DNA from: Moniliella sp. 'wahieum'
Lineage: Eukaryota
Direction of reading: 5' to 3'
DNA: 64,000 nucleotides
Assembly: GCA_003971905.1 (NCBI GenBank)
Contig: RSEE01000005.1
Location: 434,001-498,000, forward strand
Shown: piece after piece, positions 1-12,777 of the stretch
How the letters are laid out: each line of letters opens with the position of its first letter
Position numbering within the stretch: position 1 is the stretch's first letter
Made by a program: the position numbers and the translations under genes
Notes under the pieces: model-generated
The model's input: the letters and a program-made list of their open reading frames with translations, nothing else
What the model was told of the DNA's origin: nothing
Database searches by the model: none

Positions 1-1698
1 TCGACGAGCGCCACCTCTTCGTCGCGTTGTCTTTGGTTGGCCTCGTCTTCGTCTTCCACATCAAACTCGCCTTCCGTTCTTCGTATTCCATGTTCTCCTC
101 CAACTCTTCAAACCCAGGCATACGCCGACCAATTTTCTCGCTCGGCACCGACCAAAGATGAATGTCGCCATTCTTGCTGAGACTCGCCATGGCCGCCCGG
201 GCCGGGTGCCAATCCACATCGACCAACGCGTCCTTCGGACCGTCAATCGTCTTGTTCAGCCGACCTAATACCCGCTCCCACACATACACACTGTGCTTCT
301 CCCCATTCGCCGCACCGGCATAAATGTACTCCCCGTCCGCACTCAACCCAATCCCGTTCCATTTGGTACGGCCAATCTGGTCTTGAAACGAGTACTTGGC
401 CTGCACCTCAAATTGTTTCGCCTCGCCTTCCGTCGCCTCGTCCGCAAGGCCAGAAGAAGCAGGGGCCCGATGGAAATCTACCACCTTGATCCGACGGTCG
501 TTCCCATTGGCGACCAACAAGCTAGAGGGGCAGGCAGGTCGGGGCAGGTCGGGGGCAGGGATGGGGAGGGAGGGCAGGGATGAGTTAGTGGTGGGTTCCG
601 ATTACAAAGGGTCGAGGATCCTATACGCACCCATATCCTGCATGGTAGACCAATTGGCGCACAGCCGATGTACCAAAAATCGAAGGGTCCGACTGGACCA
701 GCGAACGGGTTGCCACACTGTACACGTCCATCCCCCCCTTTGTGTCCCCACCACGATGTAGGCCGAACTGGCAGGACCAGAGCTAGAACTAGTGCCAGGG
801 CCAGGGGTGGCGGCCGAAGGCGACGAGGTCGTGTGCCCGGGCACAACCACAAAACAGGCCGATGCCACCGCGTGGTTCTTGCTCGCGGGGTCACTTGACG
901 ATTCCCCACCCACTTCCACAGCCTAGGGGGCAGTGGGCGCACGACTGGCTTGGACCAAGGTCCGGGGGGACTCGGGGTTGTTGGTGATTCGGACGGCAAC
1001 GGGGGTAGGATCCGGGTGCGGGTTACTTGGAATCGAGGTTGCACGTCACCAAAACGGCCTCTTGCGAAGCAGAGAGAACAACAAGCAGGATCGAGCTGCG
1101 AAGGTGAGGGCACCCACAAAGTCAGAAACCAACCTAACTAAGCCAAACAAAACAAAACCAAACGCGCGCGTAAGGGAGATAGGACCCTCAAGGACGGTAC
1201 AAGGTACGAGGGAAGGAAACGAACGAGTTAGTAGGGTCAAATTCGACGGACTGGACCGGCCCGTCGAATCGGATGACACGGGAGGTTTCGTCAGCTTGGG
1301 GGTGCAGGTCCCACAGGATGACCGAGTGGTCCGTCGAGGCCGAGGCGAGAAATCGGTTGCAGCGGGACCAAGCGAGGGAAGTGATGGGGCCCGCATGGCC
1401 TTCGAGCCAACGCAAAATTCCCGAAGTAGGCGGGTCCCAAATGGTCACCACCCCGTCCACCCGACCCGCTGCGAGGTAGGACCCAGCAAAGAGAAGCGAC
1501 TCGGACTGATCGCCTGCGCTGGCACTGCGGTTGAAGCGCACACACGTGGCATGCGCGTTGCGTAGCACGCGCTCCACATTGTCGGGGTGTCGTGCGCAAA
1601 GGGGTCTGAGAGGGGCGGTCAGGGCGTGTGCACCGTGTCTCCCGCTACGAGGAGCCATGGGGGGGGGGGGGGGGCGTACTCTGGAGCAGCGCGTTCAT
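1..1698 (-). CDS. SWD1: COMPASS/Set1C WD40 subunit Swd1 (RBBP5 homolog), 3' end runs off the window
   Basis: ATG at 1698 (MNALLQ), intron ~1679-1606, then PFAHD..DNVE..., WD40 repeats (LAAGRVDGVVTIWD, LEGHAGPITSLAWSRCNRFLASASTDHSVILWDL). The C-terminal RBBP5 motif (W.AY.PGF.ELEENMEYEE...EFD) lies near 50-140. Several frameshifts. Confidence 0.9.
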
Positions 1699-1991
1699 CG
1701 CCCTGCGAGCGGACGGGGCGGAGGCGGCGAGGGAGGAGGAGGGTGGGGCGCGTTCTTCGCTGACGCCTGGGGTCGTGCGTGTGGACGCGCAGGATTGAAA
1801 GTTGAAAAGGAGTCACGAGTACCGCCCTGGTGAACGATTGGCAACCCTACGCGAAGAGCACACGACAGCCCGCCCATCTGATCGACGGCTACGCGCTGTT
1901 GCTGGCCAGCAAGTCCGAGCCAAGCGACCTTCTCGCTCGCTGACTGCGAAGCGGCTGGTTCCCCCTTCTCTCTCTCTCTCTCCCACCCGTT

Positions 1992-3130
1992 ATGTCCACC
2001 GCGTCGGCCGAGCCCTTGCCCTCGCCCTCGCCCGCCGCCCCTGGCCCGCCGCCCACCAAGCCTGCGCCGCGCTTCCTCACCGCGCTGCTGGCAGGGGCCG
2101 GCGCAGGCTTGAGCGTCGACCTGCTCTTCTACCCCCATTGATACCATCAAAACCCGCCTGCAGGCCGCCCAGGGATTTTGGGCTGCCGGCGGGTTCCGCG
2201 GGATCTACAAGGGCGTTAGTTCGGTCGCGGTCGGATCGGCTCCTGGAGGTACGCTCCTCCTCCCCCTTCTCCTTCTCCTTCCCCTCTCCCTCTCCTCTCC
2301 CTCTCCCTATCCTTCCCTTTCCTCTTTTTTTGCTTGCTTGCTTGGCACCCCTCGCCTCGTGACACGGTAGCTAACCCACATGGGGTGCACCCCAGCCGCC
2401 ACGTTCTTTGTCACGTACGAATCGATGAAACCGATCTTCTTGCGTGCGTTCGGTGGTTCCCATGGCGCGGCCGCTACCGACAAGGACAGCCTAGCTGCCG
2501 CACTGTCGCACATGGCCGCCGCCAGCACGGGTGAAACGGCAGCTTGCTTGATTCGTGTCCCGACCGAAGTGATCAAGTCGCGCTTGCAAACGTTATCCTA
2601 CGGGCATGGGGCAGGGGTTTGGACGGCAGTCAAGGCCGTGTACGCCGAAGCGGTGCCGGCGGTGGACTCCGCGGGTTTTTACCGGGTTTGCAAGTACCGT
2701 TGGACGTGAGATCCATTTACCTGCATCCAGTTCCCGCTGTACGAGTGGTTGCGCTACCAAGCTACTCTTAAAGCTCGTGCGCAGGGAGGGGACAGGGCCA
2801 AGGAGGCGTTGCCCGCTGCACACCATGTCGCGCTGGCAGGCTCGGTCGCCGGTGCCGTATCGGCGGCGCTGACGACGCCATTGGATGTGGCCAAGACACG
2901 CATCATGCTCCATCGTCGTGCGGGGGGCACGAAGGCGCCTGCCTCGCCCGAAGAGGCGAGGGGGTCAACCTCCGTGTTGGACCGACGTTGGTGCATGTGT
3001 GGCGCACCGAAGGTACCGCCGCCTTGTGGTCGGGCGTGGTGCCACGCACCATTTGGATCGGACTGGGCGGGCCGTGTTCTTGGGTTCGTTTGATTTGGGC
3101 GTACGACTGATCCAACCGGAAGCTGCCTAA
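1992..3130 (+). CDS. SAM5: Mitochondrial S-adenosylmethionine carrier (SLC25A26/Sam5/Pet8 family)
   Basis: Three carrier signatures: [34 protein letters not shown]. Family motifs [40 protein letters not shown]. Intron 2249-2395; frameshifts. Confidence 0.9.
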
Positions 3131-4080
3131 AAAGACCCAGGGGCCCATCCGACCCGGAGTACATTCAGCGAGTCCATTGTACCACGTACCACGTACCAAG
3201 TAAGCTTAATCCTGGCATTCATGGCATCAACCACAAGTTGTCATCCCCCTCCTTGTTTCTTCTTTCTTTTAGTTGGGCTAGCTTTGGTAGTAGCTCCTTC
3301 ACAAAATCATATACTCTTTCTAACTCCTGTATCTTTCCGCCTTCTCCTCGCTCTCCCCATTTCCTTCCTGCCTTCCTTCGGCTCTCGACTCGACTGGTGA
3401 TGCTTCATTCTGGTTCGTGTCGCATCAACGTGGTCGCCTGCTTGCCTAACTCTGACTTTTGAACCCCGCGGCTCGAAGTAGTCGGGGAACACGTATCGCT
3501 TCCCAATACAAAGCGCATCTCCGTCAATATTCAATCTCGAGGAGAACGGAGGGGGAAGGATGAGGTGGTGCGCCAGACTTCGTGCTGCACTTCGAGGTAG
3601 GAGGACGAATACGTCGAACGTCCAACGCACGACCTCTATGGACCTCGAGAGACCGGACACTGGTTAACGAGGATGGTTGATGCATTGATGTGTTAATGAG
3701 GCTAAACGTTAAACGTTAATGAGGCATGGCGCACTTGCACCGATCCGACTGGCCAGCGCTAAAAGCCTTGGGGAGTTTTGTCTCGGGCACGCGAAGCTTC
3801 CGACCGCAGGGCACTGCCCCCGTGCCTGCGTGGCCTCTGCGCCCGCGTGCGTCCGCCCCGGGAGCCCGCAGGGGCTGCTGTGCGGCGAGCGCTGTCGGGG
3901 GCTATGACAGTGGGCCGGCAGGCTGCGACAGCTGCGGTCGATGATCGGTGATCAATGACGTGCGTTGCCACCTGTCCGTCCGGCTGGCTGTGCGCACTGC
4001 GCCAGTGTGGGCTGCCGGGCGCTGCTGCTGAGCGCTGAGCTGCGCACAGGCCATGCGCCCCCCGCCGCCATTCCGTCCCA

Positions 4081-4086
4081 TATAAG
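4081..4086 (+). promoter_or_regulatory. Putative TATA-like element of transaldolase
   Basis: TATAAG ~60 nt upstream of the TAL1 ATG in an otherwise GC-rich promoter. Confidence 0.4.
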
Positions 4087-4142
4087 CGTGCTCGCCGGCC
4101 GCTTGCCACCCACCGCACCCATCCCCCCCATCGCATTCCACC

Positions 4143-5229
4143 ATGACCACGGCGCTCGACAGCCTCAAGCAGTTCACCACCGTCGTCTCGGACTCGGGCG
4201 ACTTTGAGAGCATTGCCCAGTACAAGCCCCAGGACGCAACCACCAACCCGTCGCTGATCCTTGCCGCGGTTAAGCAGGAGAAGTATGCCAAGCTTATCAA
4301 GCCCGCCGTCGACTATGCCAAGAGCAAGGTATGTACTTTCTCGCTGCCTTTCTGCCATTCTGCACCTCTTGGCCTTGGGAGCTTAGGTGCTTGCTGGTTG
4401 GTGGTCCCGTTTCGTTGACACGTGTGTGTTCCCTTTTTCTCTCCCAGGCTAGCACCAAGGAGGAGGTGATTGCGCTGGCTCAGGACCGCTTGCTGGTCGA
4501 GTTCGGCCAGGAAATCCTGAAGCTCATCCCTGGCCGCGTGTCGACGGAGGTGGATGCGTCCCTCTCGTTTGACACGCAGGGCACAATCAAGAAGGCGCTC
4601 CAGATTATTAAGCTCTACGAGGAGATGGTATTAGCAAGGAACGTGTGTTGATCAAGATTGCCTCGACGTTTGATGGCATCCAGGCCGCCCGCATTCTCGA
4701 GAAGGAGCATGGCATCCACTGCAACCTGACGCTGCTCTTTGGCTTTGGTCAGGCTGTGGCTTGTGCTGAGGCTGGCGTCACGCTCATTTCCCCCTTTGTC
4801 GGACGGATCTTGGACTGGTACAAGGCGGCGACGGGCAAGGAGTATGCCGCGGCCGACGACCCGGGTGTTGCTTCGGTTAAGAAGATTTACACCTACTACA
4901 AGCAGCACGGGTACAAGACGGTTGTCATGGGTGCCTCGTTCCGCAACACGGGCGAGATTGAGGAATTGGCCGGAGTGGACTTCCTCACGATTGCGCCCAA
5001 GCTCTTGGAACAGCTCAAGAGCTCCACGACACCGCTCCAACGCAAGTTGTCGCCCGAGACGGCCAAGGCGGCCGAGGCGATCCCCAAGGTTTCCTTCATC
5101 GATGATCGCCCCGCGTTTGAACTGGCCCTGTTTGAGGACCAGATGGCGTTTGACAAGCTCTATGGCGGCATTCGTGGCTTTGCCAATGACACCAAGACGT
5201 TGCAGGGCTTGATCGCTGCTGCCCTCTAG
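4143..5229 (+). CDS. TAL1: Transaldolase
   Basis: [76 protein letters not shown]. Intron 4329-4447. One-base deletion near 4627 (atggtatt, expected atgggtatt). Confidence 0.97.
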
Positions 5230-6381
5230 GTCGGCAAAGTGGAGGGGCTCATGATCGCTTTTCATCTGCTTTCTCCCCTCCTCACCCCCTCTCCTCTCCT
5301 CTCCCTCTCCCTCTCCCTCTCCCATTGGTGGGGCTCGTATTGCATGACGGTTCTTATTCCTGTACTTCGTTTGGTGTGTAGTTCTACTTGTTCCGTATTG
5401 AGATGGAGGCCAGTGTGTGATTCATGTGATGTGAGCGAACTGGAAGAGGAACACAACGTTCAACATGGAATGTGTGTAGCAAGTGAAGATGGGTTGGGAC
5501 TATATACCAAGAGGGGGTAGGAGTTTGGGGCTTTGGGGGCTATAGCGGTGCCAGCGGCCCCGGGCGATGCGATTTGTCATGACAACCCCGTCTGAGCTCT
5601 GAATCTGATGGCGGCCGAAAAGGGGCCAGCCCAGCGAGTCCAGGCTGCCAGCCCTCTGATTCGTCGAGCAAGGGGGCGGGACCGACCAGACGTACTAAGG
5701 CTTCGTGCCGAAACGCGAGTGTTGTACCAACCAGGTGTCGTCCCTCTGCCTTTTTCCTAGCGGTTAGCTCCGACCCTGTCGAGGTCCAGTGATTGAGGCT
5801 GGTGGTGAGACTGGGCGTAGAGCAATCGTACCAAGACAATGGGTACTAATTGCTCGCTTGTCTCCAAAATGGTACGGATTGCAAAGAACACTTGAGACTA
5901 CTAATCGGGCAGGATTCTCTTCCCTCTTTAGCTACCTGTCAAACTAACCTACTACCTATACTCCATCCTGGGCGCTAGCATCCCACTATGGTTCACCGCT
6001 CTTTGTCCGTTCGGACCATGGGGTGCGGAGGGCGTATGATCTCGAATTCCACACTGCCCCACATGGGAGCGCACACAGCGGAGTGGTCCCCCTGTTCCGT
6101 AGGGCCAGGTGGGTAGAGGAGAAGATACGGAGGCAGAGGCAGAGCTAGAGGAAGAGGCAGAGAGAGGGGCTGATCAAACAAACGAACGCGCTCGCTTGCC
6201 TGACTGGGAAACCGATCAACGTATGCAAGCGGAAGGAGACCCAGGAGCAGGGACCCCATCACAGCCCACACCCCGTGCACCCCAAACCAGGCCAGCCAAC
6301 CCAGGCCGCGCTCCACCACAGGACAAGACCTAGCCCGCTGCCCCTCCTGTCCCATCCAGGAGCCGTAGCAGACAGAGGAGA

Positions 6382-6417
6382 AACAAGATCAACAAGATCA
6401 ACAAGATCAACAGGATT
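6382..6417. repeat. Short tandem repeat (AACAAGATC)x3 plus a degenerate copy
   Basis: aacaagatc aacaagatc aacaagatc aacaggatt, just downstream of the PBP1 stop. Confidence 0.75.
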
Positions 6418-6508
6418 CCTTCCTCACCTGCTTCCTCCCTCTCCCGCGTCAGCCAAGCGAGGCGTCCCTTCCCCGTCATTCTGCCTTCGCCCCCGCTCCC
6501 GCCCCTGC

Positions 6509-9500
6509 TCACTCTTTGTCCTCCCCCCCCTTGCCCGGCCGAGGAGGGGCCGATGCGGCGCCCAGAGCCGGTGCAGCACCGGCCGCAGCCGAAGCCGGGC
6601 GGGGCGACGTGGCTTGATGGTTGCGCGGACGGTGGTGGTCGCCCTTATGGTGGCGCACATGGTGTTGGTGACGTCCATGGTGGGAAGGAGGCGGCATGGG
6701 CGATCCCATTGGCGGCGGCATGCCCGGGGCCACCATGGGGACCGGCGCAAACTGCGCAAACCCGCTCGGGCAAACCCAGGCGGCGGAGGCGGCATCCCAG
6801 GCACAAAGCCGTGCGGGGCAGGCATGTGCATCGACCCCATCGTTGGCGGCGCACCAGGGCCGGCGGGGAAGCCGTACATTCCCTGGCCTTGATGCGCCCA
6901 AAACATCGCCCCAGGAGGCAGGTACACGTACGGTTGACCTGGCTGGCCGGGCTGAGCAGCGCCTTGCGCCGCCGTAGCGGCTGGACCCGGCGACGCCCCA
7001 GGACCCATCTGACCCGGCATCATCGCCCCACCGGGCATGACAAATGGCATGGGCATTGGACCCATAGGCTGGCCGGGAGTCGGACCAGCGGGACCGGCGG
7101 GACCGGCGGGACCGCCAGGCCCAGCCCCAGCCGTACCTGGGGTAGCAGGCATCCCGCCGTTGCCCACCGCCGACAAAGCCGGTGTGACCACTGGCGACTT
7201 TCCCCCGCGTGGCGTCGCACCCGGACGAGGGGAAGGCATGGTAGCCGCCTGCATCGGGGGCGATGCAAACGCCAGCGAGGGCGTTCCAAACGGCAACGAT
7301 GGCGACAGCCCCGGCTTGGCTGCAGGCCCTGCCATACCGGGCACCATTGCCATCCCGGCGCCTGGTGCCAGCGGCGCAGGCATCCCCGGACCAATGGGGC
7401 GGGGGCAGGGCTCGACGGCATAGCCATCATTGCACCCCCGGCAGGGCCGGGCGGAGGGGCAAAGATGAGACGGAAGGAGCGACCATGGTAAGGCCAGGCA
7501 GGGTCGACCGTCTCGGGAGCCTCGCGCTCCGTGTTGGTCGCGTATGGAAAAGAGCGACTGCACCGGCTCCTTGCTCTCTTGCACGACGGGAACCTTGTTG
7601 CCAAAGAAGGGGTTGAATGGCTTGCCCCCGCCTGTCGTTGCCATCGTCGAACTGCTAGGCGACGGGTGGACGTTCCAGCGGGAGCAGCAGCCTTGACAGC
7701 CGCTGCCCCGTCCCCACTAACATGCGCGGCAGGAACAAATGCCTTGCCTGGAGTAAAGACTGGGGCCGCGCTGTTGAGCGGCTTAAATTCGGCTGCCTTG
7801 GCAGACAACTTGGGCGTGGCACCCTTATTGGGCGCGGCACTCGCAGCTGCCGCGGCGGCGGCAGCAGCCGATTTGGCAGGGTTAAACGGAGGAATCTGGG
7901 CCGTAGTAAGCTTGGCAACAAAGCTCTCCTTGGACGAGGCCGTGGTTGGGGCAGGCGTAGGGGCCGGAGTGGGCTTCAAGTCCTTGGGGAGGTAGTAGTA
8001 GCACCAGACGAAGACGCCGCCAAAGGTTTAGCAGCCTTCTCCTTCTCAACCTTATCCTTGTCATTCTTGTCCCCGTCTTTCTTGTGGGCCGCCCAGACAG
8101 AAATGTCTTCCGGGACGGGGCTCTTGAGACTAAACTTGTTGCTCCACTCGCGCAGCGACAAGATCTCCCGATCCTTTTCCGTTGCGTCTTGGTCCGTTCC
8201 AGTTTGTTGATCCGCACCTGCTCCGTCTCAACAAACTTGGCCATCGATGTTTGATACTGCTTCAAGTTCGAGCGCTTGCTCTCCTCTGCCTTGGCAGAGG
8301 TGTCGGGCGGAGCCGAAGGCCGCGGTGCATGTTCTTTTTCTCCCTGGGACCGTGCCAGTACCGCCTGGTTCACGGCCGCAATCGTCTTGGCCTTGTCAGA
8401 GTTGGCGGCAGGCGCATCGGCAGACGCACTGGCCGGGGACGTGGAGTCGGGCGTTGAGGTGGGCTTTTCTTGTTGCGGTGTTTGCACTTGCGGCTGCTTT
8501 TTGCGCAGGTTGGGAGGCAGGTACACCCCCTCGTTGCTCTTCGGCGGTGCGGTAGCGGCAGTATCTTTGCTGGGCTGCTCGCGCACCACTGCGCCGTACT
8601 TTTCTTCCTCGTCATCCTGCTGGGATCCAGTGGATCCCACGTTCTTCCGCACGATGCTGGTCATCCGTAACCTCGTTCATAATCTGGTCAGCCAGGCGTT
8701 GAGCCTCCTTGGCACGTTTGTTAAAGTCGGCGCCGGTACGGTCAAGCTTGACAGTGTAAATGTCCTCGTTGTAATCCGACTTGATCCCAAATTTGGCTTC
8801 GTTCGTCGCAAACTGGTCCCAGCCACCGGCCTTGGTGGTACGGCCAAAGGTGACATTGTCCAAGTTCCCACCCCCACCACGGGACGAGATCGGGGCGGAG
8901 CCCGAAGGGCTCAGCTCATCCCCGGCCCAGTCACCAGCATCCCACCGCTGCAACATGCGCTCCGCGCCCGGCACCTCGCGTCCCGAGATCTGGGTGTCGG
9001 TCTGGAACGCGGCCGCGTTCTTGTCGCGCAGCGAGCCCTGCGGGGTCGAAGCACCCCCGTCAACAGCAGGCTCAGCAAGACGACACCTCCTCCGCCTGGA
9101 GGTATTGGAGGTCTGTGGCTGCAATCTCGTGCTTTTCCACAGGCCCCGTGGCACAAGCAGTTTCACTGGACGAGCCAGGGACGAGGTCCGGAAGGCGGTA
9201 GGCCATCAACAGCGTTGTCACGAGGCCACCCGTGGACGCAGGTTTGGCCGAGTCGAGCACACCAACGTAGCGCCCTTGGGTCGTGTGCGCCACAACCCGT
9301 GTGCCCTACGGTGAAGAAGACATGAAAGAAGAAGAAAAGGTTAGCCAACACTGGGACAGGGCAGTGGAGAGGCAGACGCACAATCAGGGCACCCATAAGC
9401 GAGTGGAGCGAAGGGGGCTCGCGTGCCGCGGAGGTGGATGCGGGGGCAGCAGCAGGAGCGGCGGCCGGAGCTGAAGCGGGGCGGGAGGGGGGCGGGAGCG

Positions 9501-10011
9501 GGAGTGGGTGTAGGGGGAGGCGGGGGAGGAGGTGGGGAGGGGTTTGGCGGCGGCAGAGCGGATGGGGGGCGTGGCAGCAGGCGAAGCGAGGGAGCCGCCG
9601 CCGCTGGCAGGGCGGGAGGAGGGCTGGTTGCGGGGGGCGGCGGCGCGCTGGGCAAAGGTGCTGCCAGGCACGATCATGGACGAGCGGGCGGGGGAGCCAG
9701 CGGAGGTGGCGGCGGGGGGCGACGGCGGCCCAGCGGCTGGGGTGCCGGTGGGCGGGGTGGGGGTGGGGGTGGGGGGGCGGCGGGGGAGGCGGGGTGCGGG
9801 TGCGGGTGCGGCTTGCGGGCGCCGCCTCGGCCGCGCGGTGCGACGGCAGGCATCGTGTGGGAGGTGGTGGGGCGGCCAGCCGGCGGGGCAGCGCCGCCCA
9901 GCCCAAGCCCAAGCCCAAGCCCAGGCCAGGCTGCCCGCAGCCGCTGCGGCCGCCGCCGACCGGTGACCGCCTGTGCCCCCGTGCCTGCCCGCCGCCGCCC
10001 ACCCGGAGCAT
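6509..10011 (-). CDS. PBP1: Pbp1/ataxin-2 family protein (Lsm + LsmAD + PAM2, Pro/Met/Gly-rich C-terminus)
   Basis: LsmAD motif FQTDTQIS...LQRW...WDQFATNEAKFGIKSDYNEDIYTVKLDR...AQRLADQIM...HRAEERG...DEEEKYGAVVR. SM-ATX-like segment at ~9300-9100, intron ~9381-9306, PAM2-like KLSAKAAEFKPLNSAAPVFTP. Start codon uncertain (GC-rich, frameshifted). Confidence 0.88.
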
Positions 10012-11175
10012 GACGCGTGAGCCCCCACGCCCCCACACAGGCCAGCTGCCGTGCCCCTGCCCCGCCCGCCGGCACTGCTGGGGTGCCGCCCCGGCCCAGC
10101 TGGGCCTCGCGGTGCGGCACTGGCCCCTGCGGGCGACGCGGGGGCAGCATGGCGCCCATGTAGTCAGCCTGTCTCAGTGCGGTCGGCGGGTCTGCGGCGT
10201 CGGGCGGGGGGTCGCTGTGGGACAGGAGGGGGCGGACGCGTGCTGGGGCAGTGCCGCGCTGTGCCCCCTGCCGCCGCACACGCACGGCTGCATCGCATTG
10301 CCGCTCACAGCGGAGCGGCCGATGGGTGCGGGCAGCCGCGGGCTATTCCGCCTCCTCCCACCCCGCCCCCTGCCAGTCCCACCCGGCGCTCCTGCCACCG
10401 CCCCTGTTGCTCGCAAGCACTGCCGGCCGGGCCTCTTGTGGATCGGGTACGTTGCGCGTCTCTGGGATGGGGACGAATGACGAACACTTGGAGTTGTCCT
10501 GCGCTGCCCTCTCTCGGGCGGCAGCGCTGGGGCCGAAGGAAGGCACAGCCCAGCCGCCCCTCCGCTGGGCTGGGCGCGGCTGGGCTGGGCAGTCCCATGG
10601 CGAGTTGCACTACACTTGACCTGACACGGCGCTGGTTTGCTGCTGACCGGCATCCAGCTAGCTAGCACCCCATTCGAATCAGGTGGCTGGAGCACTGACA
10701 TGACTCTCTACGCCTTTGTCTGGGCCAGGTGCAGGCCGAACGTTGGACATTGGAACGCGCTCCGATCGCAGAAAAGCCCAACTCGGAACGCGAGGGCGTG
10801 AGACAAAATGCAAATGGATAGACTTGCCTGCCGTTCTCGGCGTTCATCCTCCCCCACACCCCCTTCGCTCGAGTGCAAAGACAAGAAAGCGAAGGCGCGA
10901 GGCGGTGTGGAGATAGGCTGCACTGGTCAGCCAGCACACGACAGACGCAAACCCAGACAGGCTGGACCACCTGCCACCTGCCTCGATGGGCTTGCACCGA
11001 TCCCGCACGGAGATCTGACCCTCGTTCGCCTTCATCGATGCAGTAGTGTACGTAATCCCGCTTCTTGAACGTTGCACGCCGCGAAATTCCGCTCCGGGGT
11101 ATTTTGATTTGGTGCTGATGATAAACGTCAAGCACCAGTGCCCCCTTCGTCCTCCTCTGTATTCCATCCCCACCA

Positions 11176-11744
11176 ATGGCCGAGTCGTGCGAGACGTGCT
11201 GTGCTCCGGCGCCGCCCAAGCAGAGCGGGGCCGAGGATGCGCTGGACAGCAGCACGTTTGTCTGTCCTGTTCTGCCTGGCAGCCAGCCCGGGCCGAGCGT
11301 GGTGATCGAGTACTGCGATCGGTGTCGATGGCAGCCGCGTGCGAGTTGGGTACAAACCGAGTTGTTGTTGACGTTTGCGCTGCCGCGACCGGGCCAAACT
11401 CAGGTCGCCTCCAAGGCCAGCGGAGGGGTCGGTCTCCGCTCCATCACCCTGATCCCCCTGGTGGAAGAGGCGACGGCAGGACGGTTCCGTGTGTGGGTTG
11501 TACCAGCCGCCTTCCCAGCCCGCATGCGCCAGCTTGGTCTGGGACCGTAAGGTCGAAGGCGGCTTTCCTGAGCTCAAGCAACTCGTTCGTCTTTAACCCC
11601 CTTGCCGCTGCCTCGGAAGCGTCGGCTCCCTTGTACTGACCCGCTTCGCCCTGCGCTGGCTTGTCGAACCAGAAACAACGGATCCGCGATTTGATTGCGC
11701 CACACATGAGCTTAGGACACTCGGACAAGCCTTCGCACTCGTGA
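11176..11744 (+). CDS. Rdx family (SelT/SelW/SelH-like) thioredoxin-fold protein, Cys form
   Basis: VVIEYCDRCRW.PRASWVQTELLLTF...ITLIP...GRFRVWV...VWDRKVEGGFPELKQL / KQRIRDLIAPHMSLGHSDK. Intron 11585-11672; one frameshift near 11530. Confidence 0.9.
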
Positions 11745-12745
11745 GGGCGATCAAGAGAGGAAGAGCGGGAGGATTTTTGTAGGCTGTGCCTGCTCTCTTC
11801 CCTGTCCGTCGCTAGAGAATTCCATGCTGTCGCGGCATCTTTGGGTGCTCCCTGTCCCTGGATATGAGATAGGCCGTAGATTGTGCCCTACTCTCCCTAG
11901 TGCATCCTACCTCCTCTAACACGCGCGTCGTCCTGCCCTCTTTGACACTCTGTCGACGGTCAATGCCGTGCTATCCACCGTCGGAGCCAGCAAGCCCCCC
12001 CTCATCTACTGGCGCCCTTTCCAACCCTGCCTGCCCCAAGAGCGCACATCTTCCTCCTTTCGCCTCGCGACAACGTCCCACGTGCACCGCTTACACCTTG
12101 AGTCCCGAGTCGTATCCGAGCTCTTGGCTGTCCCATCCGGGCAACCCCCGCATTCTCTCTTACTTCTCGACGCGAGGGGGTGGAAGGGTGCGCGACCGCC
12201 ACGCCCCCGGCCGGGTAGGCCCCAGCTTCGCCCTCTCCTGCACCACAGCACGACCCTCGATCTGGACCCATCCCGTAAGCCAAGCGGCTCGCATGCCCAG
12301 CGGATCGCATGCCCAACGGATTGCCTCCCCCCAAAAACGACCACCTAGTCACTCATGTAACTTCCAGCCGCCCTTTTGCGCATGCGCCTTCCCCCCTACA
12401 CCCACCGTTCGTGGCGCTGACCTCAACGGGGACGAGCCAGCACCCACGCACCCACGTACCACGCCGGAACCTACTTCCGCACCCCATTCATCCGTAGGGC
12501 AGGACGGACGAGCGAGCACGGAGAGCGGACCAGTCACGAACCATACACCATAACCCAGAACCCAGAATCCTTGCCGCTTCCCGCACCACGTCCGCGCCAC
12601 CGCACTCGCACCCGGCCAGACCACGCACGTGGCTTGCTGGCTTACGGGGCGCATGCGGCGCGTACCGGGTGATCGTCGTGCCGGGAGGGGGGCGGAGCGC
12701 GGACTGGGCGCGCCCAGGTCAGCGCGCGGCACTGGCGGTGTGCGT

Positions 12746-12777
12746 GTGGTAAGTGGTAAGTGGTAAGTGGTAAGTGG
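12746..12777. repeat. Tandem heptamer (GTGGTAA)x4.5
   Basis: gtggtaagtggtaagtggtaagtggtaagtgg, intergenic. Confidence 0.85.

Noticed and set aside
9400..10700. Many long overlapping Gly/Arg/Pro-rich ORFs (also at 17900-19500)
   Set aside because: Artefacts of extreme GC content; explained by low-complexity N-termini and promoters.
11176..11744. Selenoprotein
   Set aside because: The motif is CxxC with TGC/TGT codons; there is no in-frame TGA.
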